52,412 nt of DNA. Source: Candidatus Nanopelagicales bacterium. Its GTDB lineage: Bacteria > Actinomycetota > Actinomycetes > S36-B12. Location of the stretch: positions 1 through 52,412 of the forward strand of contig JALQUH010000131.1 in assembly GCA_023263845.1 (NCBI GenBank), in the 5' to 3' direction. The translations under genes were made by a program, and so were the position numbers. The notes beneath the pieces are model-generated. The model was given only the letters and a program-made list of their open reading frames with translations. It was not told the DNA's origin and did not search any database. Within the stretch, counting starts at the first letter, position 1; the number at the start of each line of letters is the position of its first letter. Of this stretch, positions 26,648-36,548 are shown piece after piece.

Positions 26648-27595
26648 TCAGGACGACAGCAGTCGCTGTTGCAGATAGGCGAACAGCACGTCACCGGAGT
26701 ATTCACTGAAGCGATGGAGTTCTTCAGAGGTCGCGGTCACCTGGTCACCTTCGAGCCGATTGAGCAGTACCGCGCAGATCATGGCGAACGAGGAGAAGCC
26801 CCATGAGTTGAGGTATGCGGCGAGCATGGCGCCTTCCATCTCGATATTGCGCACGCCGTTGGCGTGCAGCCACTCCAGGAACTCCTGTTTCGTCTGCGCG
26901 GTCTCAAGGCGAATGGCTCCGTCGAGACGGAATTGCTCGAGGAAGAACTCGTTGGTGGCAATGGTCTTGCCCTCGACGATCGACAGATCGGAGTCGGCAT
27001 TCGCAGCGAGGATGTCTGCGCGAGTTTGCGCCGGGAACCCACCATCGAACCAATACGTGCCAAGGCCACCTTGCATCAGGCGATAAGGCTGCAAGTCCGG
27101 CATGACTCCAGCCTCCGATACGACGATCGTGCCACCGGGTAGGCCCACCCCACCGCTCGTGCCGACACGGGCCCAGAAGACGTCGTCCAGCGCAACAAGG
27201 TCACCGCGCTTGAGGAAGTAGGCCATCCGCATGAGTTCCTGGACGGCGATCGATGCGCTCGGCATCCCCATGCCATGCGAGCAGAAGAGAACACCGCCGG
27301 TGTAGCGCGTGACGAAGCGGTCCTCCTTGGGGAAGGCCACGATGTGCGGGTCACCGCTCATCGCGCTCCATCGCTCCGCGAACTCCTTGATGCGGTCGCC
27401 GGACCCGGCCATGATGATGGCCCGCACTCCACGTAGCCGGTCCAGGATCGGATCGTCGCTCGCCACCCCGAAGTGGTAGTAGACATCGACCTGGCTGCCG
27501 TCGAGGACCGCGTCGAGGAACTCGTGGTTGATGTTCTCGGTCTTAATGACGCCTCCTCGATGGCGCTCTCCGACAGAGCGACCGTCTCTCGGCAC
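26648..27595 (-). CDS. uridine phosphorylase, long (animal UPP1/2-like) form of the PNP/UDP-1 family
   Basis: 315 aa with HGMGMPSASI, RVGTSGG, GVRNIEMEGA and LLNRLEGDQV. GTG start at 27595, with no canonical start downstream before conserved residues. Hand-counted GC is ~57-58% over 200 nt. Confidence 0.75.
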   Translation of the reverse strand: MPRDGRSVGERHRGGVIKTENINHEFLDAVLDGSQVDVYYHFGVASDDPILDRLRGVRAIIMAGSGDRIKEFAERWSAMSGDPHIVAFPKEDRFVTRYTGGVLFCSHGMGMPSASIAVQELMRMAYFLKRGDLVALDDVFWARVGTSGGVGLPGGTIVVSEAGVMPDLQPYRLMQGGLGTYWFDGGFPAQTRADILAANADSDLSIVEGKTIATNEFFLEQFRLDGAIRLETAQTKQEFLEWLHANGVRNIEMEGAMLAAYLNSWGFSSFAMICAVLLNRLEGDQVTATSEELHRFSEYSGDVLFAYLQQRLLSS

Positions 27596-27640
27596 CTTAG
27601 CGCCGGACGTCCACCGCGAGTGCGCAGAAGGGGGAAGGAC

Positions 27641-28783
27641 CTAACCGAGGATGCCGCGGCGGACGAGGTCAAGGATGTGATCGGCGTCGACCCCCCAGCC
27701 GCGAAGTGCGTCGGGAGACGAAGCCGAAGGGATAGCGGCGACCGGGCCACTTGGCGTGCGATCAAAACGCGGTGCGGGGGCTGCCTGTACGAGCCCTTCG
27801 ACCGTGACGAATGTGCCGCGCTCGGCCAGATGCGGATGTGTGGGAGCCTCGACCATCGTCAGAACCGGTGCCACGCACGCATCGGTCCCATCGGCGAGCG
27901 CCGCCCACTCCTCCCGCGTCCTTGTCGCCACCGCGCGCGCGAACTCCGCGCGCAACGTCGGCCACCCTGCGACGTCGTACTGCGCTGGGAGGTCGGCATC
28001 GGCGAGCCCGGCAATGCGCAGCCATTCGGCGTAGAACGCCGGCTCGAGGCAACCGACCGCGAGGTGGCCTCCGTCTGCGGTCCGGTAGACGTCGTAGAAC
28101 GGCGCTCCCGAATCCAGCAGGTTGACGCCGGCCTCGAGTTGCCACATCTCCTGCGCAGCCATGGAGTGGAAGAGCGACATGAGCAACGCGGCCCCGTCGA
28201 CCATGGCAGCGTCGACCACCTGACCTACACCGGACCGCTGCGCCTCCCAGAGTGCGGCGAGAACGCCGACAAGCAGAAGCATGGCGCCACCGCCGTAGTC
28301 ACCCACGAGGTTGAGTGGGGGCGTCGGAGTCTGGCCATGCCGAGCAATGTGACCGAGCACTCCGGCGATGGCGATGTAGTCCAGATCGTGACCGGCGGTC
28401 CGCGCCCACGGTCCGTCCTGCCCCCATCCGGTCATCCGCCCGTAGACCAGCGACGGCCGGCGTTCGTGGCACTCCTGGGGTGATAGTCCGAGTCGCTCCA
28501 TGACACCGGGCCGGAAGCCCTCGATGAGCAGGTCGGCTGATTCAGCGACCTTCAGGACGAGTTCACGACCGTCGGAGTCCCGTATATCCACCACGATGAC
28601 GTCGCGGCCTCGTCGGGTGATGTCTCGTGCCGGATCCCCGAGGGTCAACCCTGGTCGCGGCGATTCGATGCGGACGCCCTCGGCACCCAGATCGGCAAGC
28701 ACCATGGCGGCGAATGGGGCCGGACCGATTCCGGCCATCTCGATGAAGCGCAGCCCCGCGAGCGGTCCGACTCCGGTCGCCAT
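27641..28783 (-). CDS. family III CoA-transferase (CaiB/BaiF; alpha-methylacyl-CoA racemase-like)
   Basis: MATGVGPLAGLRFIEMAGIGPAPFAAMVLADLGAEGVRIE is a typical N-terminus for the family. ATG 28783 is preceded by GAGGGGA; the track ORF is over-extended to 28969. Confidence 0.85.
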   Translation of the reverse strand: MATGVGPLAGLRFIEMAGIGPAPFAAMVLADLGAEGVRIESPRPGLTLGDPARDITRRGRDVIVVDIRDSDGRELVLKVAESADLLIEGFRPGVMERLGLSPQECHERRPSLVYGRMTGWGQDGPWARTAGHDLDYIAIAGVLGHIARHGQTPTPPLNLVGDYGGGAMLLLVGVLAALWEAQRSGVGQVVDAAMVDGAALLMSLFHSMAAQEMWQLEAGVNLLDSGAPFYDVYRTADGGHLAVGCLEPAFYAEWLRIAGLADADLPAQYDVAGWPTLRAEFARAVATRTREEWAALADGTDACVAPVLTMVEAPTHPHLAERGTFVTVEGLVQAAPAPRFDRTPSGPVAAIPSASSPDALRGWGVDADHILDLVRRGILG

Positions 28784-28799
28784 GCGTATCCCCTCGCAG

Positions 28800-29591
28800 C
28801 TACTTGATGACGGTGATGACCTGTGTGTTGTGGACCGCCAGTCGCCCGTCAGCGGTCCACAATTCCCGAGACTCGGTGGCGTAGCCGTCGGCGTAGCCCA
28901 GCAAGCATCCGCGATGCAGCAGCGGCACCTTCGGATCAACGGTGGCCGGATCGACCAGGAGCGTGGCACTGAAACTCAACGTGGCCATGGGCCGCGGTGC
29001 CGTGGTCTGCACCAGCGATGCTGGCCATAGCGCGTCGATCAGGCCGACGAGGAGCCCCGCGTCGTACGCCACCGGCGGCTGCGTAGGTGCCAGCCATGCC
29101 ATCACCGGATCAGCACCATCTGAATAGGGCAGGCCACAGAGGGGGCGCAACGCAATGTGCTGCAGGAACTCAGGAGCCATCGGCGGGCCGATAGCGACCA
29201 CATCACAGGTGGCCCAATCCGGCGCGGGCGGCATGACCAGATCCACCGTTGGAGAGAAATCAGCTGCACGCGAGCCGCCGAAGACCACCGTGCCGACCGC
29301 CCAGGTCTGTGCCCCAGCAACGCAGACCTGCCACACCGAGGTTGCCGAGCCCTGTCGCACCAGGGTGGTCGCCACGCTCGCGTGGCCTGAGGGCAGCGGG
29401 CCGACCATGTGTACCGACACCTCGCGAAGGGGCAGACCGCCGCCATCGGCCGCTGCCGCCGCGCGGACGATCCCCGCCACCACGAGGCCACCCCAGGAGC
29501 CGCGGCCCTGGAGCCAGCCGTCAGGCACCGTCCAGGAGCCGTCGCGGACATCGACCGCCTCGTCGTACGTGGTCACCGCCTGTGTGGTCAC
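28800..29591 (-). CDS. acyl-CoA thioesterase-like double hot-dog protein
   Basis: 263 aa. The length and pattern (GSWGGLV..., two hot-dog halves) resemble TesB-like / 4HBT_3 thioesterases. It lies directly upstream of the CoA-transferase. Confidence 0.55.
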   Translation of the reverse strand: MTTQAVTTYDEAVDVRDGSWTVPDGWLQGRGSWGGLVVAGIVRAAAAADGGGLPLREVSVHMVGPLPSGHASVATTLVRQGSATSVWQVCVAGAQTWAVGTVVFGGSRAADFSPTVDLVMPPAPDWATCDVVAIGPPMAPEFLQHIALRPLCGLPYSDGADPVMAWLAPTQPPVAYDAGLLVGLIDALWPASLVQTTAPRPMATLSFSATLLVDPATVDPKVPLLHRGCLLGYADGYATESRELWTADGRLAVHNTQVITVIK

Positions 29592-29638
29592 CCGGCGAGC
29601 GTATCGGCGATGTCCGCGAGGCGCGTTAGCCTGCCTGC

Positions 29639-30814
29639 GTGCGCGTCCTCCACACCTCCGACTGGCATCTGGGCCGGTCGTTCCACGGTGCCGGACTACT
29701 CGACGATCAGCGCACCTTCATCGACTGGCTCGTTCCCCTGGTGGCGGCGCAGGGCATCGACCTCACGGTCATTGCCGGCGACATCTTCGACCGAGCGGTG
29801 CCGCCGGTTGACGCGGTGCAACTGTGGCAAGGCGCTCTGGAGCGCCTCAGCGCCATCGCACCGGTCCTCGTGATCGCCGGCAATCACGATTCGGCGACCC
29901 GACTCGGATTCGCCGGCTCCCTGCTCGACCGTGCCGGAGTGCACCTGCGCACCGATCGCGACAGCATCGCCGAACCGGTGATCGTCCGGGGGCGCGATGA
30001 CGTCGAGGTCGCGGCATACGGCATTCCCTACCTCGAACCCGACCTGCATCGAGAGGCCTTCGGTGTCGAGCGTTCGCACGCGGCCGTGCTCGAGGCGGCC
30101 ATGGATCTGGTTCGCGCCGACCTCGCCGACCGGCCGGGGCTGCGCTCCCTGGTCGCGGCCCACGCCTTCATCACCGGTGCGGGCGAGGCACGCCAAAGTG
30201 ACTCGGAACGAGACCTTCGCGTCGGGGGTGTCGGCGATGCTCCCGCGTCCGTCCTAGCCGGTGTCGACTACGCCGCGCTCGGGCATCTGCACGGCGCACA
30301 GACGCTGACGGCGCCCGGCGATGTGCTCGCGCACTATTCCGGATCTCCCGTGGCCTTCTCTTTCTCGGAGGAGTCTCACAGCAAGGCCGTGACCATCGTG
30401 GATATCCCGGTCCGAGGTCCGGTGACCACCACCCTGGTCCCGGTGCCGGTCCCCCGCCCCCTCGTCACGCTCACCGGCCGGCTGGAAGACCTCCTGGCCG
30501 ACCCGGACCTCGCTCAGCACTCCGGCAGTTGGGTGCGCGTGCGTCTGACGGACCCGCGTCGCCCCGCTGAGGCCATGGCCCGACTGCGCGAACGCTGGCC
30601 GTACGCCGTCGAACTCACCTTCGAGTCGGCAACCGTGACACCGGACACGGATGCCGTCAGGGCCACCGCGATGAGCGATCCGCTTCAGATCGCCGAGGCC
30701 TTCGTCGAACACGTCACCGCAACACCGGCCAGCGACGAAGAAGTCGCCCTGCTACAGACCTCCGTTGAGGCCGTTCGCATCAGCGCCATGCGCAGCAACG
30801 AGGCCACGCGATGA
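29639..30814 (+). CDS. sbcD: exonuclease SbcCD, nuclease subunit D
   Basis: Mre11-type phosphoesterase motifs HTSDWHLG, AGDIFD and GNHDS. Its end overlaps the sbcC start (ATGA). Confidence 0.92.
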   Translation: MRVLHTSDWHLGRSFHGAGLLDDQRTFIDWLVPLVAAQGIDLTVIAGDIFDRAVPPVDAVQLWQGALERLSAIAPVLVIAGNHDSATRLGFAGSLLDRAGVHLRTDRDSIAEPVIVRGRDDVEVAAYGIPYLEPDLHREAFGVERSHAAVLEAAMDLVRADLADRPGLRSLVAAHAFITGAGEARQSDSERDLRVGGVGDAPASVLAGVDYAALGHLHGAQTLTAPGDVLAHYSGSPVAFSFSEESHSKAVTIVDIPVRGPVTTTLVPVPVPRPLVTLTGRLEDLLADPDLAQHSGSWVRVRLTDPRRPAEAMARLRERWPYAVELTFESATVTPDTDAVRATAMSDPLQIAEAFVEHVTATPASDEEVALLQTSVEAVRISAMRSNEATR

Positions 30815-33519
30815 GACTGCTCCACTTGTCGATGACCGGCATCGGACCCTTCCGGCGCAGGCAGCCGACGGTGGACTTCGCTTCACTCGCACGGTCCGGC
30901 CTCTTCCTCATCGAGGGGCCGACCGGCGCTGGCAAGTCGACGATCATCGACGCGATTGTCTTCGCCCTCTACGGCACCGTCGCAGGTGAGGATTCGTCCA
31001 AGGCGCGCATTCGCAGTGACCTGTGCCAACCGGATGAACCGTCCGAGGTGATCTTGGAGTTCGAGATCGGCGGCGTGCCTCATCGCATCACGCGCAGTCC
31101 GGCGTACCTTCGACCCAAGGCTCGCGGAACCGGTACCACGACCGAGAAAGCCCGACAACTACTCGAGATCCTCGACGGCTCCGTTCCCCCGATGAAGGAT
31201 GCGGTCGAGATCGGCTCGTACATCACTGAGCGTCTCGGCCTGTCGGCCGCGCACTTCCGGCAGCTCGTCGTCCTCCCCCAGGGTGAGTTCGATGCGCTCC
31301 TCCGGGCCAGCCCCAAGGAGCGCTTCGACGTCCTCGGCAGCCTCATCGACGACGGCTTCTTGGCCAAGGTCCAACAGGATCTTCGAGAGCGCGCCGATAC
31401 CGCCATCGTGGAGCGCGAAGCCGCCGCGCGGGAGGCTGACACTCTGCTCGAGCATCTGCGCGAACGTGTCCGTGAGTACGACGAGCACATCCTGCCGGCG
31501 GACGACGTGATGATCGACGCGGCCGAGATCACCCGGCTGCAGGATGACCTGTCCGTGCGCGTGAACACCACCCGCGACGACGTCACAGCCCGCGAGGCCG
31601 AGGCGGTCGTGGCTCGCAGTACGGCCGCGTTGGCCACGCAGGCCCTGTCCATGGCGCGCGAAGCCGCGCAAGCGCGCGACCAACTGGCCGTGGCACGACG
31701 GGCCGTTCGCGAATTCGAGCCGACGTGGGCCGACAGCACGGCCGAGGAGTTGCGCGGGGCAGCGGCCGAACTGTCCGCTCATCGCACTCGCCTAGAACCG
31801 TGGGTCGCGTGGGAGGCCGGCGAGGATGAGCGCCTTGCCGAAGAGCGCCGCCTCGCCGAGGCCGTCGCTGCGGCAGCCGCCCGCGTGCAGACGATTCGAG
31901 AGCAGGGCACGACCCTCCCAGCGCGCCGGGCGGACGCCGATGAAGCGGTCGCCACGGCCACATTGGCCGCGGCCGGCTTGGACTCCGCTCAAGCCGAAGT
32001 GACGCGTATCGAATCCCTCGTCGCTGCCGCCGCGGAACTGCAGACCGCTCGCAACACGCTCGCCGAAGCCCGCGCCGATGAGTCGCGTGCCGCCGCTGCG
32101 CTGGAGGAGCGACGCAAGGCACTTCATGGGGCCCGCACAGCAGCGGGCCAGGCGCTGCGGACCCAACTCGATCAGCGGGCCGCACACCTCGCACGGCAAT
32201 TGGCGCAGGGCCAACCCTGCCCGGTGTGCGGAGCCACTGAGCACCCCCATCCGGCCGACGCCTCCCACGGTGACGTGGTCACCGATGACGACGTAGCCGA
32301 GCTCGAAGCCAAGGTGGCCGAGCTCGACCAAGCCGAACAGTTGGCAGCCGCCGCGCACGTCGCCGCACAGGAGAAAGTCCAGATCGCCACCGGCGACGTC
32401 GCCGGTCCCGAGGCGCGACTCGGGAGCATCGATCCCGCGACCCTCCCCGAGCAGCACCGAGGTGCCCGAGAACACTGCGAGGCGATCGCACGCTCGGCGG
32501 CCACCCTCGCGTCTGCGCAGCAGGCTCGCAGCGCCCTGGCGAAGGAAGAGTCCGAACTCGCCGAACGCCTTGAGGGGGCCGTCGCAGCCGAGTCGGCCGC
32601 ATTGGTCCAGCAGCGCGCGGCCGGGGACCGTGTGGCCGCCGAGCGAGCCGCACTTCGCGACCAGGTGGGATCTGACACGACCGCATCGGCATTGCTCGCC
32701 AAGCTCAGCGATCAGGCACAGGCGGTCGAGCGCCTCCTCGCCGCGCTGCAGCGCACGGCAGCGACCGAAGTCGTGCGTGATGTAACGGCTGCCCAGGCAG
32801 ATGACCAGCAGGCACAGGCTCGCCTCACCGAAGTGGAGGCCGCACTCGCTCGGGCGCAAACCGCGTACACCCGGGCAAGCGAGACGGCTGGCGCGACGAC
32901 CGCACTCGTTCAGCGCTGGCACGACGCCCAGTCGACGGCCGCCAACGTGCTTGCTCGCACAGCACCGGTCATCGAACTCGGTGATCTGGTCTCGGCCCGC
33001 ACAACGGCCAACGTGCGCCGCACCACCTTGCAGGCGTACGCCGTTCAACGAAGATTCGAATCGGTACTCGAGGCAGCCTCGATCCACCTGGAGCGAATGA
33101 GCAGTGGGCACTACGTCTTCGCCCTGGAGACCGAGGCGAGCCGCGGACAGGCAGGCCTTGGCATCGCCGTACGCGACTTGTGGAGCGGCCGCGATCGTGA
33201 TCCGGCGACCCTTTCAGGGGGTGAGACCTTCTACGCCTCGCTGTCCCTCGCCCTCGGCCTCGCTGACGTCGTTCGCGAGGAGAACGGAGGCGTCGACCTC
33301 CACACACTCTTCGTCGACGAGGGATTTGGATCTCTCGACCAGGGTGCCCTCGAACTCGTTCTCGACCAACTAGACGCCCTGCGGGCCCGTGGCCGCGTCG
33401 TCGGTGTCATCAGTCACGTGACCGAAATGAAGGAGTGGGTGCACGACCGACTCGAGGTAGTCCCGATCTCGCCGACCGAGGGCAGCCGCATCGTCCCGAG
33501 CGATACGCCGGTCGCGTGA
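30811..33519 (+). CDS. sbcC: exonuclease SbcCD, ATPase subunit C
   Basis: 902 aa with Walker A GPTGAGKST, a long Ala/Glu/Arg-rich coiled coil with the zinc hook CPVCG, the signature LSGGE and Walker B LFVDEGFG. Confidence 0.92.
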   Translation: MRLLHLSMTGIGPFRRRQPTVDFASLARSGLFLIEGPTGAGKSTIIDAIVFALYGTVAGEDSSKARIRSDLCQPDEPSEVILEFEIGGVPHRITRSPAYLRPKARGTGTTTEKARQLLEILDGSVPPMKDAVEIGSYITERLGLSAAHFRQLVVLPQGEFDALLRASPKERFDVLGSLIDDGFLAKVQQDLRERADTAIVEREAAAREADTLLEHLRERVREYDEHILPADDVMIDAAEITRLQDDLSVRVNTTRDDVTAREAEAVVARSTAALATQALSMAREAAQARDQLAVARRAVREFEPTWADSTAEELRGAAAELSAHRTRLEPWVAWEAGEDERLAEERRLAEAVAAAAARVQTIREQGTTLPARRADADEAVATATLAAAGLDSAQAEVTRIESLVAAAAELQTARNTLAEARADESRAAAALEERRKALHGARTAAGQALRTQLDQRAAHLARQLAQGQPCPVCGATEHPHPADASHGDVVTDDDVAELEAKVAELDQAEQLAAAAHVAAQEKVQIATGDVAGPEARLGSIDPATLPEQHRGAREHCEAIARSAATLASAQQARSALAKEESELAERLEGAVAAESAALVQQRAAGDRVAAERAALRDQVGSDTTASALLAKLSDQAQAVERLLAALQRTAATEVVRDVTAAQADDQQAQARLTEVEAALARAQTAYTRASETAGATTALVQRWHDAQSTAANVLARTAPVIELGDLVSARTTANVRRTTLQAYAVQRRFESVLEAASIHLERMSSGHYVFALETEASRGQAGLGIAVRDLWSGRDRDPATLSGGETFYASLSLALGLADVVREENGGVDLHTLFVDEGFGSLDQGALELVLDQLDALRARGRVVGVISHVTEMKEWVHDRLEVVPISPTEGSRIVPSDTPVA

Positions 33520-33591
33520 GCACGGGCAAAACCCCTCCGCGACAGCCCCCGGGGTCGTAGCGTTCGCCTGAAGTCGCCGCAGGGAGGCCAC

Positions 33592-35010
33592 ATGAGCACC
33601 GTGAAGGACTACCGGACCGGACGGGTTGTCGGCCTGGCCACCACCGCCGCACTCGGCGGATTCCTCTTCGGCTACGACTCCGCCGTCATCAACGGCGCCA
33701 CCTCCGCGATCAAGTCTCTCTTCGATCTGAGCGACCTGATGATCGGCTTCGTCGTCTCGATCGCACTCATCGGCTCGGCGGTCGGCGCCTGGTTCTCCGG
33801 CAGCCTGGCCGATCGATTCGGCCGCAAGCGCGTCATGCTCATTGCCGCCGCACTCTTCCTCGTCGCCGCCATCGGCCAGGCCTTCCCCTTCGCCGTGGTC
33901 GACCTGATGTTCTGGCGCTTCCTCGGCGGTGCGGGCATTGGCGTGGCGAGCGTCATGGCACCGATGTACATCGCTGAGATCGCTCCAGCCCAGATTCGCG
34001 GGCGCATGGGTGCGCTGCAGCAGTTCGCCATCGTCATCGGCATCTTCGCGACCAGCCTGGTGAACTACGTGGTGCTGCAGGCCGCGGGTGGCAACGCGCG
34101 CAACGAATGGCTCCTCGGCCTTGAAGCCTGGCAGTGGATGTTCCTATCGATGATTGTGCCCGCGATCGTCTACGCGCTCCTCGTCCTGCGCATCCCCGAG
34201 TCCCCCCGCTACCTCGTCGCCATCGGTGAACCGGCGAAGGCATCGCGAGTGCTCGCGACGATCTACACCATCGATCCAGCCCCGATCGTCACGGACATCG
34301 AGACCTCGCTCGCCGGTGATCACAAGCCACGCTTCAGCGACCTGCGCGGCCGCTCGCTCGGACTCATGCCCATCGTGTGGATCGGCATCCTGCTCAGCGT
34401 CTTCCAGCAGTTCGTCGGCATCAATGCAGTGTTCTACTACTCCAACACCATTTGGGAGTCCGTCGGATTCTCCGAATCGCAGGCCTTCCAGACCTCGCTC
34501 ATCACGACCGCCATCAACGTCATCTTCACCATCGTCGCGATTGCTCTGGTGGACCGAGTCGGTCGCAAGCCACTACTCCTTGTCGGCTCCGCGGGCATGG
34601 TGCTCACCCTTGCAACCCTCACCTACGTCTTCGGCACGGCACCGGTCAACTCCGATGGCCAGCCGGTCCTCGCTGACGGACCCGACGTCGTGGCACTCAT
34701 TTCCTTCAACCTGTACGTCGCCTTCTTCGCCGCCACCTGGGGGCCGGTGGTCTGGGTGCTGCTCGGCGAGATGTTCCCCAACCGGATCCGCGCCGCCGCC
34801 CTCGCCGTGGCGGCCTCCGCCCAGTGGATGGCCAATTTCGTCGTCTCCACGGCGTTCCCCGAGTTGGCGGGTATTTCACTGGGGCTCGCCTACGGCATCT
34901 TCACCGTGTTTGCGATCTTGTCCATTCCGTTCGTCATGAAGTACATCCGCGAAACCAAGGGCGTCACGCTCGAGAACATGAGCAAACTCGAGGGCGCGGC
35001 CGCCGCCTAG
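33592..35010 (+). CDS. sugar porter family MFS transporter
   Basis: 472 aa with GFLFGYDSAVINGA, DRFGRKR, PESPRYL and ETKG. GGGAGG ahead of the ATG. Confidence 0.9.
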   Translation: MSTVKDYRTGRVVGLATTAALGGFLFGYDSAVINGATSAIKSLFDLSDLMIGFVVSIALIGSAVGAWFSGSLADRFGRKRVMLIAAALFLVAAIGQAFPFAVVDLMFWRFLGGAGIGVASVMAPMYIAEIAPAQIRGRMGALQQFAIVIGIFATSLVNYVVLQAAGGNARNEWLLGLEAWQWMFLSMIVPAIVYALLVLRIPESPRYLVAIGEPAKASRVLATIYTIDPAPIVTDIETSLAGDHKPRFSDLRGRSLGLMPIVWIGILLSVFQQFVGINAVFYYSNTIWESVGFSESQAFQTSLITTAINVIFTIVAIALVDRVGRKPLLLVGSAGMVLTLATLTYVFGTAPVNSDGQPVLADGPDVVALISFNLYVAFFAATWGPVVWVLLGEMFPNRIRAAALAVAASAQWMANFVVSTAFPELAGISLGLAYGIFTVFAILSIPFVMKYIRETKGVTLENMSKLEGAAAA

Positions 35011-35039
35011 CCCCCTTCCCCGATTGGCGTACCCGGCGG

Positions 35040-36497
35040 TCAGCCGTTGAGGATGATCAGTCGCTCCTCGGTCATCTCCCGAACCGAGTACGCCGGTCCC
35101 TCGCGCGTATTTCCCGAGTCACGCAGACCGCCGTACGGCATCTGGTCGGCGCGCCAGGTCGGCACCTCATTGACCGTGACACCACCGAAGTCAAGAGTGC
35201 GCACAGCGCGCAGCGCCTTGTCGATATCACGGGTGAAGACACCTGCTTGCAGGCCATATCGCGTGTCGTTGGCCAACCGCAGGGCCTCATCGAAGTCGGA
35301 GAATCCCTGCACGGCAACGACGGGGCCGAAGACCTCGAGGGCACAGACGTTCATGTCCGGCCGCGCATCGACGATCACGGTTGGCCGCAAGACACCGTCG
35401 TCACCGATCTCGCCACCACAGGCGACCGACGCGCCATCCGCGACCGCCTCATCGATCCACGACTTCACCCTGTCCCGTTCGGAGATGGAAATCAGCGAGG
35501 ACACCTCGGTCGCCTCGTTCAGTGGATCACCGACGACCAACGTCGCCACCGCCTCGCTGAGTGCGGCGCCCACCTCGTGCACCAGCGACTCGTGCACGAA
35601 CACCCGCTGGGTGGAAATGCACGACTGACCGGCATGGGCGAAGCCGGCGAGGCGGATTTTCGCCACCGCCGTCTGCCAATCGCCGTCGGCGTCAATGATC
35701 ACCGGAGCGTTGTTTCCGAGTTCGAGCCCCACGCGCTTGTGCGGGGCTCTTGAGCGGATTGCCCAGCCGACCGGTGGCGAGCCCGTGAAGGTGATGAGTG
35801 CAATGTCGGGGTTGTCCACCAAGGCATTGCCGACCGTCGAGCCACCACCGGTCGTGACCTGCAGATAGCCGGGCGGCAGCCCACACTCCTCGAGGAGCAT
35901 GCGGGCCAACAGAATCGTGGAGAACGGCGTTTGCGAGGCCGGCTTGACGACAACCGGGCATCCGGCCGCGATCGCCGGGCCTACCTTGTGCACGACGAGA
36001 TTGAGCGGGAAGTTGAACGGTGCGATCGCGCCGACGACACCGACCGGCACGCGCAGGACGAAGCCGAGCTTGCCCTCACCCGCCGATGCGGCTTCGAGCG
36101 GCACCGTCTCTCCGGTCAACGTGCGAGCCACCGCCGCGGAGAACTGGAAGGTGCTTACCGCGCGATCGACCTCTGCCCGAGCGGTCGTGATCGGCTTGGC
36201 GGCCTCAAGTGCGATGCATCGTGCGAAAATCTCCCGATGCGCCGCGAGTCGCTCAGCCGCGCGATCGAGGATCTCTGCTCGTTTCCATTGCGGTAGCGGG
36301 TGAGCGTGCAACGCCTCCTTCGCATACGTCGCGGCAGCATCCACGTCGGCGGCCGTCAAGGCGGGCACGCTGCCCAGCAGGGCGTCGTCGTAGGGCGCGT
36401 GGACGGCCGAGGATGCCTCCCCCGTGGTCCAACCACCGAGGAAGGGGACGGGGGTCACCGCGTGCGGATCGATGCCGGGGATCACTGAGTTGCTCAT
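35040..36497 (-). CDS. NAD(P)-dependent aldehyde dehydrogenase
   Basis: 485 aa with LELGNNAP (ELGG-type motif), the catalytic Cys context GQSCIS, and FTGS. Confidence 0.9.
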   Translation of the reverse strand: MSNSVIPGIDPHAVTPVPFLGGWTTGEASSAVHAPYDDALLGSVPALTAADVDAAATYAKEALHAHPLPQWKRAEILDRAAERLAAHREIFARCIALEAAKPITTARAEVDRAVSTFQFSAAVARTLTGETVPLEAASAGEGKLGFVLRVPVGVVGAIAPFNFPLNLVVHKVGPAIAAGCPVVVKPASQTPFSTILLARMLLEECGLPPGYLQVTTGGGSTVGNALVDNPDIALITFTGSPPVGWAIRSRAPHKRVGLELGNNAPVIIDADGDWQTAVAKIRLAGFAHAGQSCISTQRVFVHESLVHEVGAALSEAVATLVVGDPLNEATEVSSLISISERDRVKSWIDEAVADGASVACGGEIGDDGVLRPTVIVDARPDMNVCALEVFGPVVAVQGFSDFDEALRLANDTRYGLQAGVFTRDIDKALRAVRTLDFGGVTVNEVPTWRADQMPYGGLRDSGNTREGPAYSVREMTEERLIILNG

Positions 36498-36523
36498 GGT
36501 CGGACGCTATCGTGGGCACCAGA

Positions 36524-36540
36524 CCTGTCCCTAGGGCAGG
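36524..36540. promoter_or_regulatory. imperfect inverted repeat CCTG(T)CCCTAGGGCAGG between the divergent ALDH and ACAD genes
   Basis: Perfect 8-bp core CCCTAGGG flanked by CCTG/CAGG. It ends 8 nt before the ACAD ATG and overlaps its likely ribosome-binding site. Confidence 0.3.
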
Positions 36541-36548
36541 ATCGCCCT

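Noticed and set aside
27540-27560. The internal GGAGG followed by an in-frame ATT in the uridine phosphorylase 5' region, considered as the true (ATT) start.
   Set aside because: The upstream GTG 27595 gives an uninterrupted ORF and needs no rare initiation codon. The sequence alone cannot decide, so this is kept only as a remark within the uridine phosphorylase finding.
29639-33519. SbcD/SbcC, considered as a possible SMC/OLD-type or Lamassu/Wadjet-like defence module.
   Set aside because: It is the canonical two-gene sbcDC, with Mre11-type phosphoesterase motifs, a Rad50-type ATPase with a CPVCG zinc hook and ATGA-coupled genes. There are no extra partner genes, so housekeeping DNA repair is the simplest reading.
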